Origin: Acidobacteriota bacterium
GTDB taxonomy: Bacteria; Acidobacteriota; Vicinamibacteria; Vicinamibacterales; UBA2999
Reading direction: 5' to 3'
Assembly: GCA_020851835.1 (NCBI GenBank)
Contig: JADZBZ010000167.1
Span: 13,128 to 77,127 of the forward strand
Length of the DNA: 64,000 nt
This document shows, piece by piece, positions 44,832-53,687 of this stretch. The notes beneath the pieces were generated by a model that made no database searches, was not told the DNA's origin, and saw nothing but the letters and a program-made list of their open reading frames with translations. Position numbers and translations under genes: made by a program. Positions within the stretch are counted from its first letter, which is position 1, and every line of letters begins with the position of its first letter.

Positions 44832-45437
44832 GTGTCCATTCGACCATTCATGGCCCTCATCGCGATCCCTGGACTGCTGGCAGGCTGCGCGCGCGATCCT
44901 GGCCGGGACGTCCAGCCGATCTCCCTCACGGGAAACGATGTCACTGGCGCGGGATCGTCGTCCGAGATCCTTCCACTCGACCAGGTCCGGAAGAGCCAAG
45001 CCGCGGCGGTGGCCCAGCGCGTCGCGAACACGCAGATTACCGTGACTTACAGCCGTCCCCTGGCTCGCGGGCGGGCATTGTTCGGCCAGCTCGTGCCGTA
45101 CGACCAGGTCTGGAACCCTGGCGCCGATCAGGCCACGGCCGTGCAGTTCAGCCGGGACGTCCAGGTTGCCGGCCACTTACTCGTAGCCGGGAAGTACAGC
45201 CTCTGGATGATTCCGCGCGCCGGGCGCTGGACGGTCATTTTCAATCGGGCCGCCGACGTGTACCACACGCCCTATCCCGGGCAGGCGCAGGACGCGCTGC
45301 GGCTCGACGTCGAACCGGGCGACGGTCCCGAGACGGACGTCCTCACCTTCGACTTTCCACTGGTCGACGGCAAGGAGGCAGTGTTGCGGCTGCACTGGGG
45401 GACGGTCACCGTGTCCGTTCCCGTCGTCGTGCCGTAG
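44832..45437 (+). CDS. DUF2911 lipoprotein
   Basis: Lipobox LLAGC and DUF2911 core ITVTYSRPLARGRALFGQLVPYDQVWNPGADQAT...GKYSLWMIP. Confidence 0.75.
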   Translation: MSIRPFMALIAIPGLLAGCARDPGRDVQPISLTGNDVTGAGSSSEILPLDQVRKSQAAAVAQRVANTQITVTYSRPLARGRALFGQLVPYDQVWNPGADQATAVQFSRDVQVAGHLLVAGKYSLWMIPRAGRWTVIFNRAADVYHTPYPGQAQDALRLDVEPGDGPETDVLTFDFPLVDGKEAVLRLHWGTVTVSVPVVVP

Positions 45438-45505
45438 CGGCCCAGACGCGGCTTGCGCGGGGACCGCACGTCGCGACGCTGGCGGTTGATTCGTCGGCGA
45501 ACGCT

Positions 45506-45534
45506 GTAATGTTTCGATCGACGCGGCCACTCAC
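45506..45534 (+). promoter_or_regulatory. ECF-type promoter candidate, class 1: GTAATG-N16-CACTCAC
   Basis: Read directly: ctGTAATGtttcgatcgacgcggcCACTCACac, about 70 nt upstream of the thioredoxin-family gene. Confidence 0.55.
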
Positions 45535-45601
45535 ACCACGATGCTCCGGCCATCGGCCGGGGCCGCTCAGCGGCCCGAAAGACCCAGAGGAGACACACAT
45601 C

Positions 45602-46018
45602 ATGCTGATCCGCAGCTTCAAGGCCTCCGTGCTCATGGCCGCGTTACTTGTGGCGGGGCACACCGCCGTGTTTGCCCAGGCCACGGACAACAATCCGAAA
45701 CCGTTCTCGCGCGAGGCCTTCGATGCGGCCACGGCGGCAGGCAAGACGGTCATGGTGGCGTTTCACGCGCCCTGGTGCCCGGTGTGCAAGGCCCAGGAGC
45801 CGAAGATTGAAGCGCTGCTGAACACCGAGTACAAGAACGTCGTGGCCTTCAACGTGGACTACGACACCAACGTGCCGCTGCGGAAGGAAATGCACGTCCT
45901 CAAGCAGGCGACGCTCATCATGTTTCGCGGTGACAAGGAAATCGCGCGCCTGAGCTTTCAGAGTGACGACGCCTCGATCCGGCAGTTCTTTGCCCACGCG
46001 AAGACCACCGGCCGGTAG
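45602..46018 (+). CDS. secreted thioredoxin-family protein (WCPVC)
   Basis: Signal peptide, then VAFHAPWCPVCKAQ. ATG after AGAGGAG. Confidence 0.8.
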   Translation: MLIRSFKASVLMAALLVAGHTAVFAQATDNNPKPFSREAFDAATAAGKTVMVAFHAPWCPVCKAQEPKIEALLNTEYKNVVAFNVDYDTNVPLRKEMHVLKQATLIMFRGDKEIARLSFQSDDASIRQFFAHAKTTGR

Positions 46019-46021
46019 CCC

Positions 46022-46732
46022 GTGCTCCGATTGGCCCTCAGTTTCGCCGCAGGCCTGCTGACGGCGTTGTCCCCGTGCGTGCTGCCCGCCCTGCCGATCG
46101 TGGTCGGCAGCGCGGCGGCCAGCCGCCGCCATGGGCCGCTGGCGCTCGCGGCCGGCCTCGTCGTGGCGTTCACCCTCGTCGGCCTGGCCATCGCGTCCGC
46201 CGGTACGTTCTTGGGCATTTCTGAGGACGCGGTTCGGGCAGGCGCCGCCCTCATGCTCGTCGCGGCGGGTATCGTCCTCTTCAGCCATCGTCTGCAGGAT
46301 GCGCTGAGCCGACGTCTATCGCCGATCGCGTCCGCGGCCGCGCGCGCCACGACGCGGGTCGGCGACGGCCTCGCCGGACAGTTTGCCGTGGGGGCGATGC
46401 TCGGGGCCGTTTGGAGTCCGTGTGTCGGGCCGACGCTCGGCGCGGCCATCGGCCTCGCGGCGTCCGGCCATTCCGCGGGATGGGCCGCGGCGCTGATGTT
46501 GGCCTTCGGTCTGGGTTCGGCGGCTCCGCTGCTGGCGATTGCCTATTTCTCGAGACGCATGATCGCGAGGCGCGGTCGGTTGATCTCCCTGGCTGAACGT
46601 GGCAAGCCGCTGTTCGGCGGAGCGCTCGTGCTGATGGGAGCGCTGGTGTTCCTGGGTGTGGACAAGGTGATTGAAGCCGCCGTGCTGGCGAGGCTGCCGC
46701 AATGGTGGATCGACCTCCTTGCGAGCGTGTAG
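46022..46732 (+). CDS. ccdA: cytochrome c biogenesis CcdA / DsbD-core thiol-disulfide transporter
   Basis: FAAGLLTALSPCVLPALP and GAVWSPCVGPTLGAA, the two conserved membrane Cys motifs. Confidence 0.85.
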   Translation: MLRLALSFAAGLLTALSPCVLPALPIVVGSAAASRRHGPLALAAGLVVAFTLVGLAIASAGTFLGISEDAVRAGAALMLVAAGIVLFSHRLQDALSRRLSPIASAAARATTRVGDGLAGQFAVGAMLGAVWSPCVGPTLGAAIGLAASGHSAGWAAALMLAFGLGSAAPLLAIAYFSRRMIARRGRLISLAERGKPLFGGALVLMGALVFLGVDKVIEAAVLARLPQWWIDLLASV

Positions 46733-46735
46733 GTC

Positions 46736-47908
46736 TTGTCGGCGGCTGCCACGGGCGCGCATTCATCCCGGACGTCAGACGTGACTCGCGACATCGTGCT
46801 GCTCGGTCTCGGCCACACCAACGCCGAAATCGTCCGCCGATGGCGCCGGAGGCCGTTTCGCGACGCCCGGCTCGTCTGCGTATCGGATAGCGCTTCTGCC
46901 GCGTACTCGGGCATGCTGCCGGCGGTTCTGGCTGGGCAGTGTCCGCCCGAACGGATGCGGATCGATCTCGCGCGCCTCTGCAAGGCGGCCGGCGCGGAGT
47001 TGGTCGTCGGATGCGCAATCGGGCTTGACGTCGCGCGGCGCCAACTCATCATGGACGGCTCCGCACCGGTCCGGTTCGACGTGCTGTCCATCGGTGTGGG
47101 GTCGGTCCCGACCGTGGCCGGCGTCGTCGTTGCCGACGCCAGGCCCTATATTCCGGTCAAACCCATGCGCACTCTGCTGTCCCGGCTCATCGCACGATTC
47201 GATCGGGTCGTGGATTCGTTCCGGCCGCAGACCGTCCGCGTTTCGATTGTCGGCGGAGGCGCCGGCGGGGTGGAACTGGCGCTGTGCATCGCGCCCTTCA
47301 TTCAGGCCACCTACCCGCGGCTGTCGGACGTCGGCGTGACGATCGTGACAGCCGACGGCGATCTTTTGCCCGGCGGCCTCCCGCGGACGCGTGAGCGCCT
47401 CGCTCGGATTCTGCGCGCGCGCCGCGTCCAGGTGGAGCGAAATGCTCGCGTGGTCAGGATCGACTCGGAGGGCGTGTCGCTCGAAGATGGCCGGACCCTT
47501 CAGAGCGACGCGGTCATATGGGCGACCGGTGCGGCTCCCCCACCTGTGCTCTCGACCTTTGGCCTTCCGGTGGACGACGCCGGATTCTTGCGCACGCGCA
47601 GTACTCTGCAGGTAGTGACCGGGGATCCGGTTTTCGCCGTGGGTGACACGGGCAGCATTGACGGCGCGGTGATGCCCAAGGCCGGTGTGTATGCGGTCCG
47701 GCAGGGGCCGCTGTTGTGGGAGAACCTCCGGCGCGCGCTCGATGGCCGGCCGCTGCGGCCGTTCGTGCCCCAGCCCGGGTTTCTCCGACTGCTCAACACC
47801 GGGGACGGACGAGCCCTGGGAGACTGGCGCGGGTGGTCCTTCGAGGGGACCTGGGTTCGGGTCTGGAAGGACATGATCGACCGCCGTTTCGTCGCGAGAT
47901 ATCAGTGA
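46736..47908 (+). CDS. FAD-dependent pyridine nucleotide-disulfide oxidoreductase, TIGR03169-like (family often fused N-terminally to SelD)
   Basis: NDH-2-like two-Rossmann layout (IVLLGLGHTNAE, VSIVGGGAGGVE, VFAVGDT). Confidence 0.65.
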   Translation: MSAAATGAHSSRTSDVTRDIVLLGLGHTNAEIVRRWRRRPFRDARLVCVSDSASAAYSGMLPAVLAGQCPPERMRIDLARLCKAAGAELVVGCAIGLDVARRQLIMDGSAPVRFDVLSIGVGSVPTVAGVVVADARPYIPVKPMRTLLSRLIARFDRVVDSFRPQTVRVSIVGGGAGGVELALCIAPFIQATYPRLSDVGVTIVTADGDLLPGGLPRTRERLARILRARRVQVERNARVVRIDSEGVSLEDGRTLQSDAVIWATGAAPPPVLSTFGLPVDDAGFLRTRSTLQVVTGDPVFAVGDTGSIDGAVMPKAGVYAVRQGPLLWENLRRALDGRPLRPFVPQPGFLRLLNTGDGRALGDWRGWSFEGTWVRVWKDMIDRRFVARYQ

Positions 47909-47952
47909 TGCAAGTGGGCCTGCCGCCCATGTCGTCCGTGTCGGGCGACCAT

Positions 47953-49305
47953 TCAGGGCTGGTCTCTCAGCCGCGCGTACACGGCATCCCGTACGCCGCC
48001 CGCGTTGACCTGGCACATCGGGACCATCTCGCCGTCGACGGGCACGCGGAGCACGCACGCTGACAGCCGTTCCTGTCCCGTTGCGGTGCCCAGTTCCGCC
48101 GGGCTCATGAAATGGTGCGAGACCACGGCGAAGCTGTCGATTCTCACGCGGCCTCGCGCAAGGTTCCACGCCAGACGCGAGCCGCTGGTCTCGAGGGCGG
48201 CGAGCCGACCGACCACCCAGCGACGCAGGGGGCCGAGCGTCCACGCCGGGTCCGTCAGCAGAATTCCCATCGCCCGACACGCGCGTTCCAGGGGCCTGTC
48301 GTCGCGGAAGTTGAGGCCACCCAGGCCGCGGTTCAGGAACGCGCGCATCATGTCAACGTCCGTTTCGTCGTCGCGCAGGATCGGAAAGACGCGCGGATCG
48401 CTTCCCGCGCGCTCATAGACGCCGAGGAGCTCGAGCCGCGTGCAGTCGGGATGGCCGAACGTGATCGCACGCGGCCCGCGGCGAACGAGACCGAAGCGCG
48501 CCAGGACCGGCTCGATCCGGTCCCACAGCTCCTGGACCGTCACGGCCTGCAGGCCCTTCTCCGTCCGGCCCACGCGCGCGACCGGCTGGAACGATAACAT
48601 CCCGAAGACATCGCGATTCCGCAGGCACCACTCGACGACAGGCGGCACGTCGTCGAGGTTGTCGCGCGTGATCGTCAACGTCGTGGCGGCACGAAGCGAC
48701 AGGCCCGTGGCGGTCCGCGCGGATCGAATCATGGCCGCGCACTCCTCGCGGAGCGGCGTCAACATGGTTTCGTCCGCCGGTCGCTTGTAGCCGAGTCGGC
48801 CGCGCTGCGTCGTGTCGATGTGGATCGACACCTCCGTCAGACCGGCCTCCGCCATCAGCCGCTCGAGCAGGCCGGGCCGGCGGCGGAACGTGTCGCCGTG
48901 AGTCATTACCATCGGGATGAGACCAATCCGGCGAGCGTGGCGGATATTCGCCGCGAGATCCTCAGTGGGCAGGAGCGTGACTTCGCCGTCCGTGATCTGC
49001 ACGTTGCCTTTCGGTCCGAGCCACGCCCGGAGCCGATCGAGCTGCTGGAATACTTGTTCGCGGCTGGCAGGCGGGATGCGGTTGGCTTCCTCTCCCAGGT
49101 AGCAACCCGTACAAGCGAAGTCGCAGCGAGGCTGGATCCCGATGGTCGCGCCACATCCGGTGGCCTGCTGTCCGAAGCCCTGTCCCGGCGTGCGCCACCG
49201 CGGGTCGAGCGAGGCCCACTGCTCGCGCAGCAGCCGTCTCTTTTCGTCCGGCACCGGCGACCTGAGGAGACGCAGCGCATCGATCAGCCGTGGCTTGCCG
49301 CTCAT
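47953..49305 (-). CDS. radical SAM protein, unassigned subfamily (~450 aa)
   Basis: IQPRCDFACTGCY (CxxxCxxC) near the N-terminus and a large C-terminal extension ending ...MVPMCQVNAGGVRD. Start set at MSGKPRL (49305), ATGA-overlapping the upstream gene. Confidence 0.7.
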   Translation of the reverse strand: MSGKPRLIDALRLLRSPVPDEKRRLLREQWASLDPRWRTPGQGFGQQATGCGATIGIQPRCDFACTGCYLGEEANRIPPASREQVFQQLDRLRAWLGPKGNVQITDGEVTLLPTEDLAANIRHARRIGLIPMVMTHGDTFRRRPGLLERLMAEAGLTEVSIHIDTTQRGRLGYKRPADETMLTPLREECAAMIRSARTATGLSLRAATTLTITRDNLDDVPPVVEWCLRNRDVFGMLSFQPVARVGRTEKGLQAVTVQELWDRIEPVLARFGLVRRGPRAITFGHPDCTRLELLGVYERAGSDPRVFPILRDDETDVDMMRAFLNRGLGGLNFRDDRPLERACRAMGILLTDPAWTLGPLRRWVVGRLAALETSGSRLAWNLARGRVRIDSFAVVSHHFMSPAELGTATGQERLSACVLRVPVDGEMVPMCQVNAGGVRDAVYARLRDQP

Positions 49306-49877
49306 CGCGGCGCCCCGCTCCGACGCACCGTCAGCAGCGTCCCAATCGACGGCCGATCGGCCGGTCCCGATCCGCGGTGAAGCAGTCTGACGATGCCCGA
49401 CGGATCCACGAGAACGTCTCCGCCGAGTTGATAGATGTCGTTGGCCAGGGCCGACGCTCGAGGCGTGCGCCCTCGGAACAGCTCCTTGATATATGCCCAA
49501 CAGGTGCGCGGCCCCCAGACATTCCACCGCGTGCCGAGAAACATGCCGCAGGCGGCATACAGCGTCCGCGTCTCATCGATGACAACCGGCCAGTCGAAGC
49601 CCATTTCGCGCACCCACGCGTCCGCGACCGGGCCTCCCATGAACGACACCACGACAATCTGGACATCGAGGTCTTGAAAGATCCGCTCGGAATCTTTCAG
49701 ATCGAGGAGGTGTCGGCGGCACGGCAGGCACCCCAGGTGCCGATGGAACACGAGCAGCAGCCAATGTCCGCGATAATCCTCGAGGCGACGCACCTGGCTT
49801 TGGGCGTCCGGAAGCTCGAACGGCGGGGCCTGACCTCCAACGACGGCGTGTGGCGGCTCCGGCGTCACCGCCGCCAC
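49302..49877 (-). CDS. peroxiredoxin-like (PRX_like2 / AhpC-TSA family) protein
   Basis: APPFELPD...WLLLVFHRHLGCLPCRRH thioredoxin-fold CxxC motif. GTG start. Confidence 0.7.
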   Translation of the reverse strand: MAAVTPEPPHAVVGGQAPPFELPDAQSQVRRLEDYRGHWLLLVFHRHLGCLPCRRHLLDLKDSERIFQDLDVQIVVVSFMGGPVADAWVREMGFDWPVVIDETRTLYAACGMFLGTRWNVWGPRTCWAYIKELFRGRTPRASALANDIYQLGGDVLVDPSGIVRLLHRGSGPADRPSIGTLLTVRRSGAPR

Positions 49878-51403
49878 CGGAGCACCGCCCGAAGCACCGC
49901 ACGAAGGCGAGGCGTCAACCGCGAGCGATTCCAGGCATCCCCGAGTCGTTTCCAGGCCTCGGATTGTGTCGGATACGGATGGATCGTCAGCCCGATTGAG
50001 CCCATGCGAACGCCGGCTCGCATGGCGACGACCATCTCGCCGATCAGCTCGCCCGCATGGCCCGCGACCATCGTCGCGCCCAGGATCGCGCCCGTGCGCC
50101 GATCGACGTGCACCCGCGCGAATCCCTCGGCGTCGTCATCCAGGATGGCGCGGTCATTCTCGGACAGCTCCACCGTCAAGGTGCTCACCGCGTCGCCCCG
50201 TTGCTCCGCATCCCCCGCGGACAGGCCCACGTGCGCCACTTCGGGATCGGTGTACGTCGCCCACGGCACGACCAGCGCGCTGGCTCTCTTGCGGCCGAAG
50301 AACAGGGCATTCTGCAAGACGATGCGCGCCATGGCGTCGGCCGCATGCGTGAACTTGTGGCGCGAACAGATATCCCCAGCGGCGTACACCCGGCGATTGG
50401 TGGTGCGCAGAAAATCGTCCACGATGACGCCGGCCGCGTGCCAGGCAACGCCGCCGGCGGCCAGATCTAGATCCTCGACGTTCGGGCTCCGCCCGACCGC
50501 GACGAGAATCTCGTCGCCTGCGACCTCGCCCTGCGCCCCGCTGGCCTCATACACCAGCACGCGCGGCTGATCGCCGGCACGCCGCTCGGCACGCAGAATC
50601 GTCGCGTGCCGTATCAGCGTGACCCCTTCGCGAAGGAGCGTCCGCTCCACGATGGCGGACGCGTCGGCGTCGTCGCGAGGCAGCAGACCGCCCCCGCGGA
50701 GAATCAAGGTAACCGCGCTGCCAAGGCGACGGAACGTCTGAGCCAGTTCGCAGCCAATCGGACCGGCGCCGATCACGAGCAGGTGGCGGGGTCGTTCGGT
50801 CAGCGAGAAGATCGTCTCATTCGAGTAGAAGCCCGTCTCGGCCAACCCCGGAACGTCAGGGACGGTCGGCCGCGCGCCCGTGGCGATCACGGCCCGGCTG
50901 AATTTCAGCGTCTGGTCGCCCACGGCCACCGCATCACCCTGAATGAAGCGAGCGTCGCCGAGGTACACGTCGACACCGAGGCTGGCCAGTCGCCCGACGG
51001 AGTCGTTTTTCGCGATCCCGGCACGCAATCGTCGCATGCGGGCCATGACCGCCGCGAAATCGACCGGATCGGGAGCGGGCGCGGCACCGATCCCGAACCG
51101 GCCGGCACTCCGCACGCCCGCCGCCGCCCGCGCCGCGCTGATTAGCGCTTTCGACGGAACGCACCCGAAGTTGAGGCAGTCGCCGCCCGTGAGATGACGC
51201 TCGACGATGGCAACCTTCGCGCCAAGGGAGGCGGCGCCGACCGCCGAGACCAAGCCGGCCGTGCCGGCGCCCAGGACGACGAGGTTGTAGCGCCCGGTCG
51301 GTGTGGGATTGACCCAGTCCGCGGGGTGCGCGTATCCCACGAGCGTTCGGTTGTGCTCGTCATCGGGAGCCACGAGCGACTGAGAAGGCGATGGGGGCGT
51401 CAT
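49865..51403 (-). CDS. MerA-like FAD-dependent disulfide oxidoreductase (no metal-binding N-domain, no C-terminal CC)
   Basis: YNLVVLGAGTAGLVSA, redox GGDCLNFGCVPSK, and a dimerisation domain ending HPYPTQSEA. Confidence 0.8.
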   Translation of the reverse strand: MTPPSPSQSLVAPDDEHNRTLVGYAHPADWVNPTPTGRYNLVVLGAGTAGLVSAVGAASLGAKVAIVERHLTGGDCLNFGCVPSKALISAARAAAGVRSAGRFGIGAAPAPDPVDFAAVMARMRRLRAGIAKNDSVGRLASLGVDVYLGDARFIQGDAVAVGDQTLKFSRAVIATGARPTVPDVPGLAETGFYSNETIFSLTERPRHLLVIGAGPIGCELAQTFRRLGSAVTLILRGGGLLPRDDADASAIVERTLLREGVTLIRHATILRAERRAGDQPRVLVYEASGAQGEVAGDEILVAVGRSPNVEDLDLAAGGVAWHAAGVIVDDFLRTTNRRVYAAGDICSRHKFTHAADAMARIVLQNALFFGRKRASALVVPWATYTDPEVAHVGLSAGDAEQRGDAVSTLTVELSENDRAILDDDAEGFARVHVDRRTGAILGATMVAGHAGELIGEMVVAMRAGVRMGSIGLTIHPYPTQSEAWKRLGDAWNRSRLTPRLRAVLRAVLRWRR

Positions 51404-51418
51404 TGGCCTGTACTGGGT

Positions 51419-52261
51419 TCAGTCATCATCGTGGGATCGGCCCTCGATATGGGTCCCACCTGGGTAAATGACGTTACGGCTCGCTCCGTCGTTCAAGAAG
51501 CGCGCAATCGCTTCCGCTGTCGAGTCCGGATGTTCCAGTAGCATCAAGTGCCCACCCGGCAGCATCGCGTTGTGCACGTTGGGCTGTATGATCGCCCGCC
51601 GCGAGAGCTCGGCGTCGCCACATCCCGTCAGATTGAGAATCGGCACGTTCCCGATCGCCCTGACCAGGGCAGCGCCTGGAACGCCCAGGAGGACGCGGTC
51701 GAAGGTCTCCGCGATCGCGCGCCAGCGATGCGCCGTGTAGTCGTCGAAGACCTCGTCGGGGACGTACGCCGGCTTGGCGAAATAAAATGCCCGAATAACC
51801 TGCGCGCCCCTCAGGACGACACACGCCAGATGCGCCATGCGGCGATGGTTGAGCAGAACGGCGCCCCAACCGAAACGGTCGTGCAGCAGTTGGCGCCTGA
51901 TGTCATCACGGTTCTCGCCAAGAGGCGTGTTGATTAAGACGATCCACGACACACGATCTCTGTGGTGAACCGCCCACGCAAGGGCCAGCACGCCACCGAG
52001 CGAATGGCCGACAAGGGCGAGCGGCCCTGACGGGAAGCGCCGTTCGATCGTGCCGGTGATGAAGTTCAGCTGGTCGCCGACGTCGTAGCGGCTTTCGACG
52101 TCCTTGTTCTCGCCGAAGCCGGGCAGATCGAAGGAGAGTGTGTCCGCGCTCGTCGGCGGCCGCCGCAGGCGACCCTCGAGTCCGGCAAAGAGACGCTTTG
52201 AGCCCGTGAGCCCGTGGATCAGCACGATCTGTGACGGAGACATAGCTTGAGAGTTGTCCAT
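51419..52261 (-). CDS. alpha/beta hydrolase
   Basis: IVLIHGLTGS and nucleophile elbow LVGHSLGG. Confidence 0.75.
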   Translation of the reverse strand: MDNSQAMSPSQIVLIHGLTGSKRLFAGLEGRLRRPPTSADTLSFDLPGFGENKDVESRYDVGDQLNFITGTIERRFPSGPLALVGHSLGGVLALAWAVHHRDRVSWIVLINTPLGENRDDIRRQLLHDRFGWGAVLLNHRRMAHLACVVLRGAQVIRAFYFAKPAYVPDEVFDDYTAHRWRAIAETFDRVLLGVPGAALVRAIGNVPILNLTGCGDAELSRRAIIQPNVHNAMLPGGHLMLLEHPDSTAEAIARFLNDGASRNVIYPGGTHIEGRSHDDD

Positions 52262-52325
52262 CGAGCGTGTCTCCGATGTCTCGGACTAATGGCGCCCGCT
52301 CGCGTGGCCGGCGCGGTCATTGAGG

Positions 52326-52772
52326 CTAGGACCCGAGGACCTTGGCGGTTTCCGGCGCGGCGCCGACTGCTGGCTCGTCGGGCCAGCGGTCCACCGCCTT
52401 CGGTCGCGCAGGCGAAACGCTTCCCAGCGCCTCACGGACTGCCTGTGCCGAGATACGGAAGTGCGACGCATGCCAGAGCGCGGCTCCGCGGTGGAGGATC
52501 AGAGCCTGTGGCGACTCGTGCCGGACGCGCAGGATCCTGGCGATGGCGTGGGAGACGGGCCTGTGCGGGTGGACCAGCACCATGAAGACGTCGGTCTCGA
52601 GCGACGGGTCACCCCGCAACTCCGCGATCTCCTCCAGCGCCAGGGCACTGACGCCGCACGTCGAGCTGTGCTTGAAGATGACGACCGGCCGCGTGAAGGA
52701 CCGCTTGAGGGCGCTGTCAAGAGCGGCCAGGTCTGGCAGCAACGGTGGCGCCTCAATGGTGCCGTGCATCAT
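52326..52772 (-). CDS. YtxJ-like (DUF2847) monothiol thioredoxin-fold protein
   Basis: PVVIFKHSSTCGVSALA, the T/S-C-x-x-S monothiol motif typical of YtxJ. Start at MMHG; 4-nt overlap with the DUF547 stop. Confidence 0.6.
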   Translation of the reverse strand: MMHGTIEAPPLLPDLAALDSALKRSFTRPVVIFKHSSTCGVSALALEEIAELRGDPSLETDVFMVLVHPHRPVSHAIARILRVRHESPQALILHRGAALWHASHFRISAQAVREALGSVSPARPKAVDRWPDEPAVGAAPETAKVLGS

Positions 52773-53668
52773 TCTCTCCCGTTCAGCGACCAGTCGTACT
52801 CCAGGTAGGCGATCCGCGGCGGCGTGCCCGCCAACGCGCCGGCCATCGCTGGAGGCGCGTACCGGGCGACAAATTGCGGGACGGTCCCCGCGGCGCGCTC
52901 GAAGTCCTCCCGGTACCACCTGAAGATCGAGGACAGGCGCAGTGTTCGTGACGCTGCGTCCCACTGGTTCTTCGACGTGTCCGCCAGAAATCGCCGTGCC
53001 GCGTCGTCGAGCTCGGCGTCGAGCACGTCCGCGCGGTAGGCCTCGGACCGAAGCGCCGGACAGCCCTTTGATGCACAGACGAGCGCAAAGTGCACGCGCG
53101 GGTCCGCGAACTGGGTGCGTAGCACGTCATTCTCGATCGTGTTCAACGAGATCTTCTTGCCGTCGGCGCCAAGCGGGATGAAGCTCTTACGGAACGCGGC
53201 GTACGGCAGAAACCCGATCGAGCGAATGCTCTTCAGCGGGTAGTGATCGAGGACCAGGCGAACCGTAAACGCGTTGTAGGCATTGATCCAGTACGCCATC
53301 CGCTCCGGCCGAGTCCAGCCCCGCTCGTCCGGGACTGCCGCAGCGAGAGCGTCAAGATAGACATCCAGAGCGGGTTGTCCGCGCTGGAGGAGACCCTCGT
53401 AGTCGACGCCGCCGCTCGAATCGTATGTGGCGAGAATCGCCGTCCAGGCGCGATGCTCGTGATCGAAGGGCTCAACCTGCGCGGTCGTCGGTGGTTGTGC
53501 AGCGCTCTGCGCGCCGCTGAACGAGCGCGCATCACGCGATGGCGTGGCCATGGCGATCGATACCAAGCCGAGAAGGACCGCAGCGAAGCCGTATCGGACG
53601 GCCGGTGGGGCTTCCCGGAGGGCTGCGCGGCAGTCCGCGCACCCTCGGCCGATGTCGTGGTCACCCAT
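52769..53668 (-). CDS. DUF547 domain protein (membrane-anchored/secreted)
   Basis: YWINAYNAFTVRLVLDHYP...HFALVCASKGCPAL...YDWSLN hallmark blocks. Start uncertain (53668 or 53725). Confidence 0.8.
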   Translation of the reverse strand: MGDHDIGRGCADCRAALREAPPAVRYGFAAVLLGLVSIAMATPSRDARSFSGAQSAAQPPTTAQVEPFDHEHRAWTAILATYDSSGGVDYEGLLQRGQPALDVYLDALAAAVPDERGWTRPERMAYWINAYNAFTVRLVLDHYPLKSIRSIGFLPYAAFRKSFIPLGADGKKISLNTIENDVLRTQFADPRVHFALVCASKGCPALRSEAYRADVLDAELDDAARRFLADTSKNQWDAASRTLRLSSIFRWYREDFERAAGTVPQFVARYAPPAMAGALAGTPPRIAYLEYDWSLNGRE

Positions 53669-53687
53669 ATCGACAGCCCGTGGCCGC

